Of a stretch of 64,000 nt of DNA, positions 26,939-35,973 are shown piece by piece (position 1 is the stretch's first letter; every line of letters begins with the position of its first letter). This DNA is from a virus. The notes beneath the pieces are model-generated. The model was not told where the DNA came from, ran no database searches, and was given only the letters and a program-made list of their open reading frames with translations. The translations under genes and the position numbers were made by a program. The stretch spans positions 687 to 64,686 of IMG/VR virus record IMGVR_UViG_3300022917_000010; one strand, written 5' to 3'.

Positions 26939-27643
26939 ATGAGCCGGACTTCTCAGGAAGCATCAAAAGCCAAGCGTGGCGGTGTCCCGAGGATGGTCGG
27001 AGAACCGCTGAGCCGGATCCCGTGGTCTCCCGAACATGTAGCTTTGGCCAAAAAGATGAAGGCCGAAGGAGCCAAATCATCCGAAATTGCGGCGGCGGTA
27101 GGCAGAACGGCTGACCAAGTTCGCAGCCGACTAAACCGTGACAATGATCGCCCGTACCTAACTCGACCCTTGGCCGAAAAAGAAGCCGGCTTGACGGTCA
27201 AGCGCTGCCGGCGGTGCCAAGAAGATCTGCCTCTTGATGCCTTCGCGGTTACCAAGATGAACAAGACGGAATATCGCAGGCCTCGTTGCAGGCCATGCGA
27301 GATTGCCCGACATGCTGACCGTCGTGAACGCGGTCTTCATCTCGTAAAGGCGCGCCGCCATGTGGCGAAAGCTCGGGAAAAGTACCCAGAAAAGGCCGCC
27401 GCTCAGAAGACTTTCAATGAAGCTGTCAGGCGCGGCCGGCTTGTGCGACCCGAGACGTGCGAGACGTGCCGACAGAAGCCGCCGCGAAATCGGTTAGGCA
27501 GATCATCTATCCAGGGCCACCACGACGACTATTCCAAGCCGCTTGAAGTCCGTTGGCTCTGTCAGCCGTGCCACAACCGGCACCACAGAAACTTGGCCGC
27601 CGCAAGTGCAGCCTCTCCTGTCCATACACGCGAAGGGGAATAG
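26939..27643 (+). CDS. GcrA-like HTH fused to a zinc-ribbon/HNH-like domain
   Basis: WSPEHVALAKKMKAEGAKSSEIAAAVG; KRCRRC; PETCETC...IQGHHDDYSKPLEVRWLCQPCH. Confidence 0.65.
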   Translation: MSRTSQEASKAKRGGVPRMVGEPLSRIPWSPEHVALAKKMKAEGAKSSEIAAAVGRTADQVRSRLNRDNDRPYLTRPLAEKEAGLTVKRCRRCQEDLPLDAFAVTKMNKTEYRRPRCRPCEIARHADRRERGLHLVKARRHVAKAREKYPEKAAAQKTFNEAVRRGRLVRPETCETCRQKPPRNRLGRSSIQGHHDDYSKPLEVRWLCQPCHNRHHRNLAAASAASPVHTREGE

Positions 27644-27794
27644 CGATGTTGAACAAAGACGACACCCAGCTCATCGCGAGATTCATAGAGGACGGGACCA
27701 GGCCGCTGCTGGAGCGCATCGAGAAGCTGGAGGCTGATCTGGCAGCGAAGCGCAAGGCTGAGCCGGTCTCGCGCCCAGATCGAAAGTGCGGACC

Positions 27795-28499
27795 ATGAAG
27801 CGGCCTATCGCATACGACCTGTGCTGCAAGGCGGGTGGGGTATCAATGGGGCTTCACCGCGCGGGCTTCCATGTGATCGGTGTCGATATCGAGCCGCAAC
27901 CCCGCTATCCCTTCACGTTTATTCAAGCCGACGCACTGACGACCGATCTTTCGGACGCCGACTTTGTTTGGGCCAGCCCGCACTGCCAGGGTTACACCGC
28001 CTTGCGGCACGCTCCTGGGGCCAAGGGGAAGCCGCGTCAGATAGCGCAGTTCCGGGAACGGATGCCCGCGGACGTTCTGTGGGCAATCGAGAACGTCGAG
28101 GAGGCAGCATGGGACATGCAAAACCCGATCACGCTTTGCGGGTCAATGTTCGGCCTCGGGGCGCAGGGTTGCAGGCTCCAGCGGCACAGGCTCATCGAAA
28201 CCAACTTCCCCATTCGGCAGCCGGAATGCGAACACGACGCCCGTCCCGTGATCGGCGTTTACGGCGGCCATGCCCGGCGCCGGGCGGCATCTGCCGGGGG
28301 ACGGGGTACGCGCGATGTGTGGGAGGGGGGCCATAAGGCGGCAGCCTCGGCAGCCATGAGGATTGATTGGATGACGCTTGCCGAACTCAGCGAGGCAATC
28401 CCGCCGTCCTATGCCGAATTTATCGGGAGCAAAGCGATGGAAATTCTCGACGCCCCGTATGAGAGAACCGGCCGGATCATTCGTGAGGCCGCAGAATGA
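27795..28499 (+). CDS. Phage C5-cytosine DNA methyltransferase
   Basis: DLCCKAGGVSMG (motif I), ASPHCQ (catalytic PC variant), IENV, AIPPSYAEFIG. Confidence 0.8.
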   Translation: MKRPIAYDLCCKAGGVSMGLHRAGFHVIGVDIEPQPRYPFTFIQADALTTDLSDADFVWASPHCQGYTALRHAPGAKGKPRQIAQFRERMPADVLWAIENVEEAAWDMQNPITLCGSMFGLGAQGCRLQRHRLIETNFPIRQPECEHDARPVIGVYGGHARRRAASAGGRGTRDVWEGGHKAAASAAMRIDWMTLAELSEAIPPSYAEFIGSKAMEILDAPYERTGRIIREAAE

Positions 28500-28530
28500 C
28501 CAAGGCCCAGACACCCCAGGAGTCCGAACA

Positions 28531-30248
28531 ATGAGCAGTCTTTTGGATCTAGCCGATCGATGTGAGCGAGCCGAGCAGCCAGATCGCGAGATTGACCTCG
28601 CAATCCATCTTGCTCTTTGGCCGGACAGCGAGTTGGCCAAGATGACCATGCATCGAAGGGGCTTGGATTCGCAACCTGGCTTTGCGTGGACCATCCACCA
28701 GAACGCCGTCGTCTTTGAAAGATGGACGGAGGATGGCCGCTGTCCTTACAACGGCGGATATCCATTGCCAGCGTTCACGGGCTCCGTTGACGCTGCCCTT
28801 TCCCTCAAGGCCGAGGACATCGATCTCGACCTTTCCTACAGCATCATACTGATCGAGGGGAAGGCTTGGTTTGCTGAGCTTACAGCCGGCGGCCCATATC
28901 AAACCGGCTTTTGGCCCAAGCAAGGTCGCGGTTATATCGGTGCGACGGCGATCTGCGCTGCGGCGCTGCGCGCTCATAGTCGCGATCATGTGGGAAGTCC
29001 GGCAGATGAACGGGGTGAGGCATGAGCCGATCTCAGCACCAGCAGATGCGTGATGCCATCGATGCCGTCGAACTGGCACTCAACAACCTAGAGATCAATA
29101 GCGTTGTGAGAATGTGGGAGAACGCCGATGCGTCCATCATGGTGAAGATTCCACTCGGGGCGTTGCGCCGCTTGGCAGACTGCTATCCAGATCTAAACCG
29201 CATAATCAACGACCCGGCTTTCGAACGGCCGGACTCTCCGGCAGACCGCGAGGGCAAATGAACCTACTCCCGAAAGATACTCTCCGCTACGTCGAGCGCT
29301 TTGGCGGCGATTGCCGAGACTGTGCCGACAACCGCGGCGTATGCCCGAACTCCGGGCTGCCGTGCGCAGAGCGAGGCAAGGCCATCAAGTGGGTAATCGA
29401 CGCGATCAACTACGGCGCCGGGATGGGCTACCTCAAAGTCAACACGGACTCTTCTGGTGTCCGGACCTTGAAGGAGATTGATAATGCCTAAGGTTGATAT
29501 GGCCGACGCCATGAGGAAGCTACGAGCACTTAGAATCCGCTGTAAGCCAGAGGGCGAATGCGCCTACTGCGACCAGCACTGCTACGATGAGATGATGCCG
29601 AAGCATGATCCATCGCCGCGCTGCGAGAGTGGCAAGCGACCGCACTGCACCTGCGACATTTGCTTTTGATCGGTCTGGCGGTCTGCCACTTTTGGAGAGA
29701 GAAGATGAAAACTAACCCAACAGATTTTGTCCCCGCTATGCGGGAAAACGAAGAATGCCCTTATTGCAAGGGTCCAACGGTGAACGTCGGATTTGCATAC
29801 ATTACCTGCGGTGCAGCGTGGAATCCCGATTGCTTCGGGCATCGTGTTCGATCGCCCCTGACGTCGGAAGCAATCATGACAAGGTTCGATGCGGCGATCG
29901 ACGCTATCAAGCGCGCATAGCCGGAGTGGCCGGTTGTCCGAAACGCTGGAGGAAGAAGTGATAGCAACTGGAGTACACTGCCTCGCAACGGTTTTTCTCG
30001 CCATCGGCGCCGTTTTAGCCGCTCCGTTTTGGGTCATTGGCTTATGGCTGAATGGTAGAGCCGATGATCTCGACGGTGGTTGGAGGCGTGGGAGGAAGCA
30101 GAATTGGCTTTGGCAGTTTGCCAGATCGTGGCGATAACCGCCAGATGAACAGGAGAGAGCATGACCGAATCTTTCATCGAATGGCTGGACCGCACCAAGA
30201 AAAGATTGGAGGCCATGATGTCTCGAAAGTAGGGCCACTTGACATATA
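28531..30248 (+). CDS. Cluster of small hypothetical ORFs (28531-29025, 29022-29261, 29258-29491, 29484-29669, 29705-29920 and others)
   Basis: Coupled starts and stops; LADRCERAEQPDREIDLAI and PAFTGSVDAALSL resemble conserved alphaproteobacterial phage proteins; two Cys-rich mini-proteins. Confidence 0.55.
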
Positions 30249-30267
30249 GGGCAAATGGCCCTAAGAT
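30230..30267 (+). promoter_or_regulatory. sigma70 promoter with inverted-repeat operator
   Basis: TTGACA(30239)-17-TAAGAT; TAGGGCCA...TGGCCCTA flanking the -35, plus TAGGGC-AAATG-GCCCTA in the spacer. Confidence 0.75.
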
Positions 30268-30310
30268 GGGCAAATCAGCAAGGGCAATCCTGCCCGGCTA
30301 GGAGGTAAAC

Positions 30311-30673
30311 ATGGCCATCAAGATCTGGACTGACTTCAAAACCGGCGACCGCGTGATGGCTTCCGATTGCGAGCGCGACATCGGGACGGTCATCGAGACC
30401 GCTCCCGACGCCACCGTCGCTGGTCGCGCTTTCATTCGTTGGGACGACAATGCGCTGCCCTCTTGGCTCCGCGCGGACATGCTCACCTTCTCGCCGCACG
30501 TCGAGGACGAGACGTGGGAATACATGCTCGACTTGTTGTTGAGCGGCGAGACCAGTCCGGCAGATTTCCGCAGCCAGATGGACTGCGAGGGCTACCACGT
30601 CCAGCAGATCAACAACGCCATTGATTACAACTGGGAGGAAATTCGCCTCCAGATGCTGTCTGAGCCCACATGA
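30311..30673 (+). CDS. Acidic hypothetical protein (anti-defence candidate)
   Basis: 120 aa, about 23 D/E versus 9 K/R by hand count; AGGAGG RBS. Confidence 0.65.
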   Translation: MAIKIWTDFKTGDRVMASDCERDIGTVIETAPDATVAGRAFIRWDDNALPSWLRADMLTFSPHVEDETWEYMLDLLLSGETSPADFRSQMDCEGYHVQQINNAIDYNWEEIRLQMLSEPT

Positions 30674-30870
30674 CCGCCAAACAATTCCAAGCCGCTATCG
30701 ACCGCCTCGGCCTTTCACAGGTCGGGGTGGCTCGCCTTTTGGGGGCCGACCCGCGTACAGCACGCCGCTGGGCCCTTGGCGAGCGCTCCGTGCCTGAGCC
30801 TATTGCGATCCTGCTCAAGCTCATGGTGGCCGGTAAGATAACGGCCAACGACATCGAGAATACGCACTAA
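30670..30870 (+). CDS. Small XRE-like HTH regulator (Aca-like)
   Basis: FQAAIDRLGLSQVGVARLLGADPRTARRWALGERSVPEPIAILL. Confidence 0.85.
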   Translation: MTAKQFQAAIDRLGLSQVGVARLLGADPRTARRWALGERSVPEPIAILLKLMVAGKITANDIENTH

Positions 30871-31056
30871 GGCCCGGACTGGCAAGGTGTCCGCTGAGGT
30901 TAACCCGGTGCGAGATGGCAGAGCCGATAACGCGAATGAAGGCTACGGGTCGCTCCCGATGCAGTCACCGCTGAGGCCGAACAGGGAGCGCGACTCTCCC
31001 GACCGGGGCCACACACAAAGTCCAGACACGAATGGTGTCCGGGCCTTGGAGGGAAA

Positions 31057-31933
31057 ATGAACGACCGCAAACTAGTGACCGGGATGTATCGGAATGTGGA
31101 TTTCAGGGTCGGCAAACGAGGCCCGGCCGATGCCATCGTTTACGAGCGCACATTTCGCCTGAGCAATGCCGAATTTATCCGGGCCGAAAAACGGAAGCGC
31201 GGGCCGTTCAGGCGTGTCACCGAATGGTGGAGCATGATGCACCCCAAGAGGATGCCAGGCGCCTATAAGCCGCGCATGGCCCGGACTTGACCGATGAACG
31301 GACTTGAGAGGGGAAAATGACCGACACCGAACTTGTAGCCGCGGCCAAGGAAATCATTGCCACTGGCTGTGGATGCCACCGGGAATGCGAGGGCGAGGAC
31401 TTCTGCGGTTGCGAAGATGAGGCCCGTAAGATTGTTGAACTGGTGCGCCAGAACGATTCAGCGCTGTAGCGATCTTGAGCAGTGACCGCCAGATTAACAG
31501 AGGCCGAAACAATGGATGAGCTTATCTCGGCTAAGGCGGCGGTTCAGTATCTTAAAGATGCCGCAAGCTATTTCGCAAACCGTGACACGAACGGCGAAGA
31601 TTCCGCCTTCTGGGCAAACATCCAGAATGCGGAGAATTGCCGGCGCATTGCTCGGCTGATCGAAGCACAAGAGAGGATGAAATGACCTACCCGGAAACTT
31701 TTCCGACTGGGTCTCGCGTCGTCGTGAAAGCCGGGCCGCACGAAGGCACTGATCATGACTGGAATGGCCACGCCGGCTCAGTTATCAAATGGCACGGATG
31801 TAGCAGCGCATCCATTAAGATGGATAAGCACAAGCGGCACTGGCCTCGCGGCCCGATCATCATCACGGGACACAACTTGCAGCTTGTGGCCAGCCCCCTA
31901 AGGCCCGGACTTGGCCAAACTCCGAACCTGTAA
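31057..31933 (+). CDS. Four small hypothetical ORFs (31057-31290, 31317-31469, 31482-31685, 31682-31933)
   Basis: The first two have GAGGG(G)AAAATG starts; the last has a KOW/SH3-like FPTGSRVVVKAGPH. Confidence 0.5.
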
Positions 31934-31950
31934 GAGATCCTTACAGGTTC
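31924..31950. terminator. Perfect 11-bp hairpin between convergent ORFs
   Basis: GAACCTGTAAG-AGATC-CTTACAGGTTC. Confidence 0.6.
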
Positions 31951-32162
31951 ATCGGCTCCAGCACGATCCGGTTCGACCGGCGCAGGGCAGCAATCCCCCT
32001 CACCCTCTCACAGGCCTTCTGGTAGGTCATCGCCTCAGGCATGACCACGTACTTGTCCTTGGCCGTAACGCTCGGGGAAACGATCGTGAAGGCCCAGAAC
32101 CGCGTTCCCTTGGGCTTGCCGTGCCGGGCCTCGAAGCGGGTGGTGTCTATTGGAATATCCAT
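31941..32162 (-). CDS. Hypothetical protein
   Basis: 73 aa MDIPIDTTRFEARHGKPKGTRFWAF... Confidence 0.45.
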   Translation of the reverse strand: MDIPIDTTRFEARHGKPKGTRFWAFTIVSPSVTAKDKYVVMPEAMTYQKACERVRGIAALRRSNRIVLEPMNL

Positions 32163-32177
32163 GCCTAAATATATGGG

Positions 32178-32399
32178 ATGGAAAAGCGCGTCCGCATCAT
32201 CAAGCACGAGGTCATCCCGGATTGCGGGAGCTACGAGGTCAGGATTCCAGGGAAACCTAGCGTCTATTTCTATTGGGAAAACAACGCCGGGAGAAGGCTC
32301 AGGCCCGAAGTAATGACCGGAGATCAGGCGTTGGAAAAGGCCAGAGAACTCGCCAGAAACGAGCAAGGCCGTCTTGATGGAGGGGTCTACGTGGGGTAG
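32178..32399 (+). CDS. Small hypothetical protein resembling Bradyrhizobium accessory proteins
   Basis: RIIKHEVIPDCGSYEVR...FYWE...RRLRP...QALEKARELAR (recognised from memory). Confidence 0.6.
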   Translation: MEKRVRIIKHEVIPDCGSYEVRIPGKPSVYFYWENNAGRRLRPEVMTGDQALEKARELARNEQGRLDGGVYVG

Positions 32400-32408
32400 T
32401 GGTGGGGG

Positions 32409-33047
32409 ATGCGAACCGATTACAGCTACGCGAATTACGCTAGTTGCCCAGACCCATCTCACCGACCTATGTATCTGCAGGCAGTTGATCACTACCTGCG
32501 GCGGAACGCAGTACGTACCGTAATTGACGCCGGCTGCGGCGGGGGAGATTTTACTCAAGGGCTGCACGAAAAGGGCTATCAGGTTTTCGGCGTGGACCTG
32601 AACGAGAGCGCGATAGCCGCGGCACGGCAACGCCAAGCTGGCCAATACCACGTTTCATCCGTCTACGAAGATTTGCGCCAACCGTTTGACCTAGGACCTG
32701 TCGATGCCGTCGTGTCGATCGAGGTGATCGAGCACCTGTATTCGCCACGCGTCTTTATGGACCGGGCCCGTGACGCTCTTCGACCTGGCGGCATCCTGGC
32801 TATCAGCACGCCCTATTGGGGCTACCTCAAGAACGTTGTGCTGGCAGTTTCTAACCGGATGGATCGGGCGCTTAACCCCTGCTGGGACGGAGGCCACATC
32901 AAACATTTCTCGCGCGCGAAGCTGACAGAGATGGCGACCGATCAGGGATTTGAGTTTGTTGCATTCGAAGGCTGTGGCGAGGGTGTCAGATCGTCGCCGT
33001 ACCTCTGGAGCGGGATGCTGATGATCTTTAAGAAGCCGACTGGCTAG
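32409..33047 (+). CDS. Class I SAM-dependent small-molecule/polysaccharide methyltransferase
   Basis: VIDAGCGGG, GVDLNESAI, VSIEVIEHLYSP, LRPGGILAISTPYWGYLKN, GHIKHFSR. Confidence 0.9.
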   Translation: MRTDYSYANYASCPDPSHRPMYLQAVDHYLRRNAVRTVIDAGCGGGDFTQGLHEKGYQVFGVDLNESAIAAARQRQAGQYHVSSVYEDLRQPFDLGPVDAVVSIEVIEHLYSPRVFMDRARDALRPGGILAISTPYWGYLKNVVLAVSNRMDRALNPCWDGGHIKHFSRAKLTEMATDQGFEFVAFEGCGEGVRSSPYLWSGMLMIFKKPTG

Positions 33048-33060
33048 ACCCCGAACTGGG

Positions 33061-35973
33061 TCAGCGCACCAGCGCATCCAGTGATGTTTGCTCCGCTCCG
33101 GTCAAGTCTATGTCAAAGGCCGCCTGAAGTCTGACAGAAGATAGAGCCGCACTTCCGCTTGGGCTAAAAGAGCCGGTCGTCCTGTTATACTGCCCCTGAT
33201 CTGACCCTGACATAAGGGCATTAAGATTTGCGCCGAGGCCGATCTGACCGGTTAGCATATCTGGGGGGTTCAAGTTGGGGCTAGGAATCACAAGCCCGGT
33301 CTGAGCGGAGCCGGCGACGGCGTTGGACCATGCCTTCCAGTCAGTGCCGTCGAACGTACATGCCGCAGTGTTGAATGCAGTTGCAGATGCTGGGGTGGCC
33401 GTGGCGGTCTTTTGCTGTGTCGCATCTGAGAGCAGGCAATTGATCGCGCCCGGTGATCCTGATGTATGAGACAGCATCATTCTATTTGAAAACTGCCCGA
33501 TCGCGAACGGGTTGAACGCCGCGGTCCCGGGCTTTTGGTAAGCTGCGAACAAGGTGATCTTCGTCTTACGGCGGATATTATTTAGGTAGGATCGATCACC
33601 ACCGTAGTAGCCGTATGAGCTGCCTGTTCCGTTTACCCACGCCGGTTTGCCGCCAATACCAGTGGCGTTATAAGTCGTGTTCGCTGTGGTTGGCGTGTAG
33701 TCGCCGCCGCGGGGAAGTCGCGTCGTCCCCATGTCGAAAACCTTGGTGATCACGCTACCGCTCTTGGCAACGCAAAACTCTGGCATCGCGGCGAAAAGCA
33801 GGTTGTTTTTCTTCCCATTGGTTGTCAGCCACGCATAGAAGCTGTCCATCATTGCCTGATTGCAGGTCGTCGCGTCAGCACCTTCTGCCAAAGCTCGCGT
33901 GTAATGCGCATTCACTTCGGGATAGATGGAATTTGAACAATAGGTGCTGACGACTCGATTCTTCTGCTCGACGCCACCGTTGAGGTAGACCAGCTTGTAA
34001 TAGCCCACCGCGTTGAGCGCCATGCCCGTGTATGTCGCGGTGCCTCCTGAGAAGTCGCCAACCAATGTGGCTTGCGAGCCAACGGTGGGGCCGTAGTAAA
34101 GCCGCATCGTATCTGTCGGGGTGACGCCCGTATACCAGTTGATCGTTGCTGTAGAGGACGCGCAACTCGCACGGACGCCCACGGGGGCCGCGCCAGCTGC
34201 TGCTGTGGGGTCAATGATCTCCGTATAGTAATCAAGATTTTGTTGCCAAAGCCCCCCGCAAGATGAACCTGTGATAGTGCCAGAGCCAACAGTCGGGCTG
34301 GTCGTTATCGTATAATCACCAACGCCGTTTGGCGTACCATTTACTTGGTTGACGACGGTGACGTTGCTGCCGCTGGATATCCCGTTGCCGTAGATCAACG
34401 ATCCGATTTGGATCGTACCCGTTCCCAAGGACTGGACTGTCAGCGTCGTACCGCCGGTCGTGAACCCCGTGAATTGGAAATAGCCTTGTTGGCCGTTCAC
34501 GGTAGGATTAGCCGCGCATCCTCCATTGTTGGAATAGGTCGATAGATATGCTTGCGCCCAGAGCCCGTTGCTGATCGGCCAGCCCTTGGCCGCGTAGTAG
34601 TGAGCGATGCCGTCTTCAACATATCCGGTGACAGCTTGCAGGTACGAGGGGCCGGGATAAATGCCTGCGTAGGGTGGCGAGACATTCACAGCTGACGGCG
34701 TGTCGATCACACTCTGACTGCTATTAACTGATGCGCGGCCTACCCATTGATTTCCAATACGGGAAGTACCACTAAACGTACTGATCTTCGCCATTATCCA
34801 TGGCGAGCCACCGACAGAAATGGTGTCTGGTGACTGTAATGGCGCTGCTTGCCGACTGGCACCCGTACAGTCAATTGTCGTGCCAACTTGGGAACTGGCG
34901 GGAAGGCACCAATTCAGATTGGTGGTGCCGGCCACCCAGATATTGCCGTCAGTGCTGGTCCACGTCGACCGCGCAAAAGTATTGCCGTTATAGGGATAGC
35001 CGAACTCATACCCGACAGATTGCCAAACCCCAGCACTGACGCGCTGCACACGTTGAAAGCTCGACCAAGTGCCAAAATTAAGGCCAATATGGGTAGGCTG
35101 AGGACTTGTCCAAGTGACCAAATCCGCAGACTTTATCACTCCCATTTCATGCTGGATGCTGGATGCTTGCCCCTCTGCGTAGAGATAGAAAGGGTACGTA
35201 GCATCATCCGGATTGCAGAGAAGCTGAGCATCATAATAAAGAAAATATCCCGACTGTGTGACCGACATAGTTTGCGAAGCAACGAGTTGCGCCGCGCCGC
35301 CGATGACATAGTCTCCAGTCTGTCCTTGCGTTCCGGTCGATTGAGAGGCGATGACCGCCGTAGTAACGCCAGCGCCTGAGACACTGGCCTGCCCGGCATT
35401 GGTGATAAGACCGGTGTAAGCTGTGACCCTCAGTCTGTTGCCGGGAGCAATTCCAGAAGCGTCCGAGATCGACGCGGTGATTGTCGCCACCACTGGAGAG
35501 GCGGTGACGCCGGACCCGCTGGGATCAGCCGCCGCGTATATGAAATTGGCGCGGGACGGCAACACGCCTGGATCATTGCTGTAGCCGATCCGAAAATCAA
35601 AGCTGCCGTTCCAGACAGCCCCGACACCCGCTCCATGATCCGGGGCAAGTGGCCACGCATAGCGACCGCGCGACGCCGCGATGGCAGCGCCGGCAGCGCC
35701 GCATTCAGGGGCTGTCAGGTCATATGGTCTAAATCCCGAAAGCCCGTTTTGATGATACCAGTCATCGGTAGAGACGGCAGGATTTCCGAGACCGGGCGTG
35801 TAGTTGCCAGTGAAATTATCCCACGCCGATCCGGTCAGGCCGAAGAAGTTCTCCTGGCGAAGGTTCGGATTTGATACCGCCCCAGGCGCATAGGTCTGGA
35901 AAATACCGAACGCGGCATGCGCCAGCCCCGAGAGCAGCAGAAGCAAACAGAGCGCGGCTGATATTCTTTTCAT
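33061..35973 (-). CDS. Large signal-peptide-bearing adhesin/tailspike-like protein with a possible propeller-type domain and a LamG-like C-terminus
   Basis: MKRISAALCLLLLLSGLAHA|AFGIFQTYAP; FYLYAEG...MGVIKSADLVTW; ITLFAAY...NTAACTFDGTDWKAW. Confidence 0.6.
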   Translation of the reverse strand: MKRISAALCLLLLLSGLAHAAFGIFQTYAPGAVSNPNLRQENFFGLTGSAWDNFTGNYTPGLGNPAVSTDDWYHQNGLSGFRPYDLTAPECGAAGAAIAASRGRYAWPLAPDHGAGVGAVWNGSFDFRIGYSNDPGVLPSRANFIYAAADPSGSGVTASPVVATITASISDASGIAPGNRLRVTAYTGLITNAGQASVSGAGVTTAVIASQSTGTQGQTGDYVIGGAAQLVASQTMSVTQSGYFLYYDAQLLCNPDDATYPFYLYAEGQASSIQHEMGVIKSADLVTWTSPQPTHIGLNFGTWSSFQRVQRVSAGVWQSVGYEFGYPYNGNTFARSTWTSTDGNIWVAGTTNLNWCLPASSQVGTTIDCTGASRQAAPLQSPDTISVGGSPWIMAKISTFSGTSRIGNQWVGRASVNSSQSVIDTPSAVNVSPPYAGIYPGPSYLQAVTGYVEDGIAHYYAAKGWPISNGLWAQAYLSTYSNNGGCAANPTVNGQQGYFQFTGFTTGGTTLTVQSLGTGTIQIGSLIYGNGISSGSNVTVVNQVNGTPNGVGDYTITTSPTVGSGTITGSSCGGLWQQNLDYYTEIIDPTAAAGAAPVGVRASCASSTATINWYTGVTPTDTMRLYYGPTVGSQATLVGDFSGGTATYTGMALNAVGYYKLVYLNGGVEQKNRVVSTYCSNSIYPEVNAHYTRALAEGADATTCNQAMMDSFYAWLTTNGKKNNLLFAAMPEFCVAKSGSVITKVFDMGTTRLPRGGDYTPTTANTTYNATGIGGKPAWVNGTGSSYGYYGGDRSYLNNIRRKTKITLFAAYQKPGTAAFNPFAIGQFSNRMMLSHTSGSPGAINCLLSDATQQKTATATPASATAFNTAACTFDGTDWKAWSNAVAGSAQTGLVIPSPNLNPPDMLTGQIGLGANLNALMSGSDQGQYNRTTGSFSPSGSAALSSVRLQAAFDIDLTGAEQTSLDALVR

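Noticed and set aside
32163-32651. Upstream part of the 236-aa minus-strand ORF 31941-32651
   Set aside because: Antisense to two better-supported plus-strand genes; only the last 73 codons were kept.
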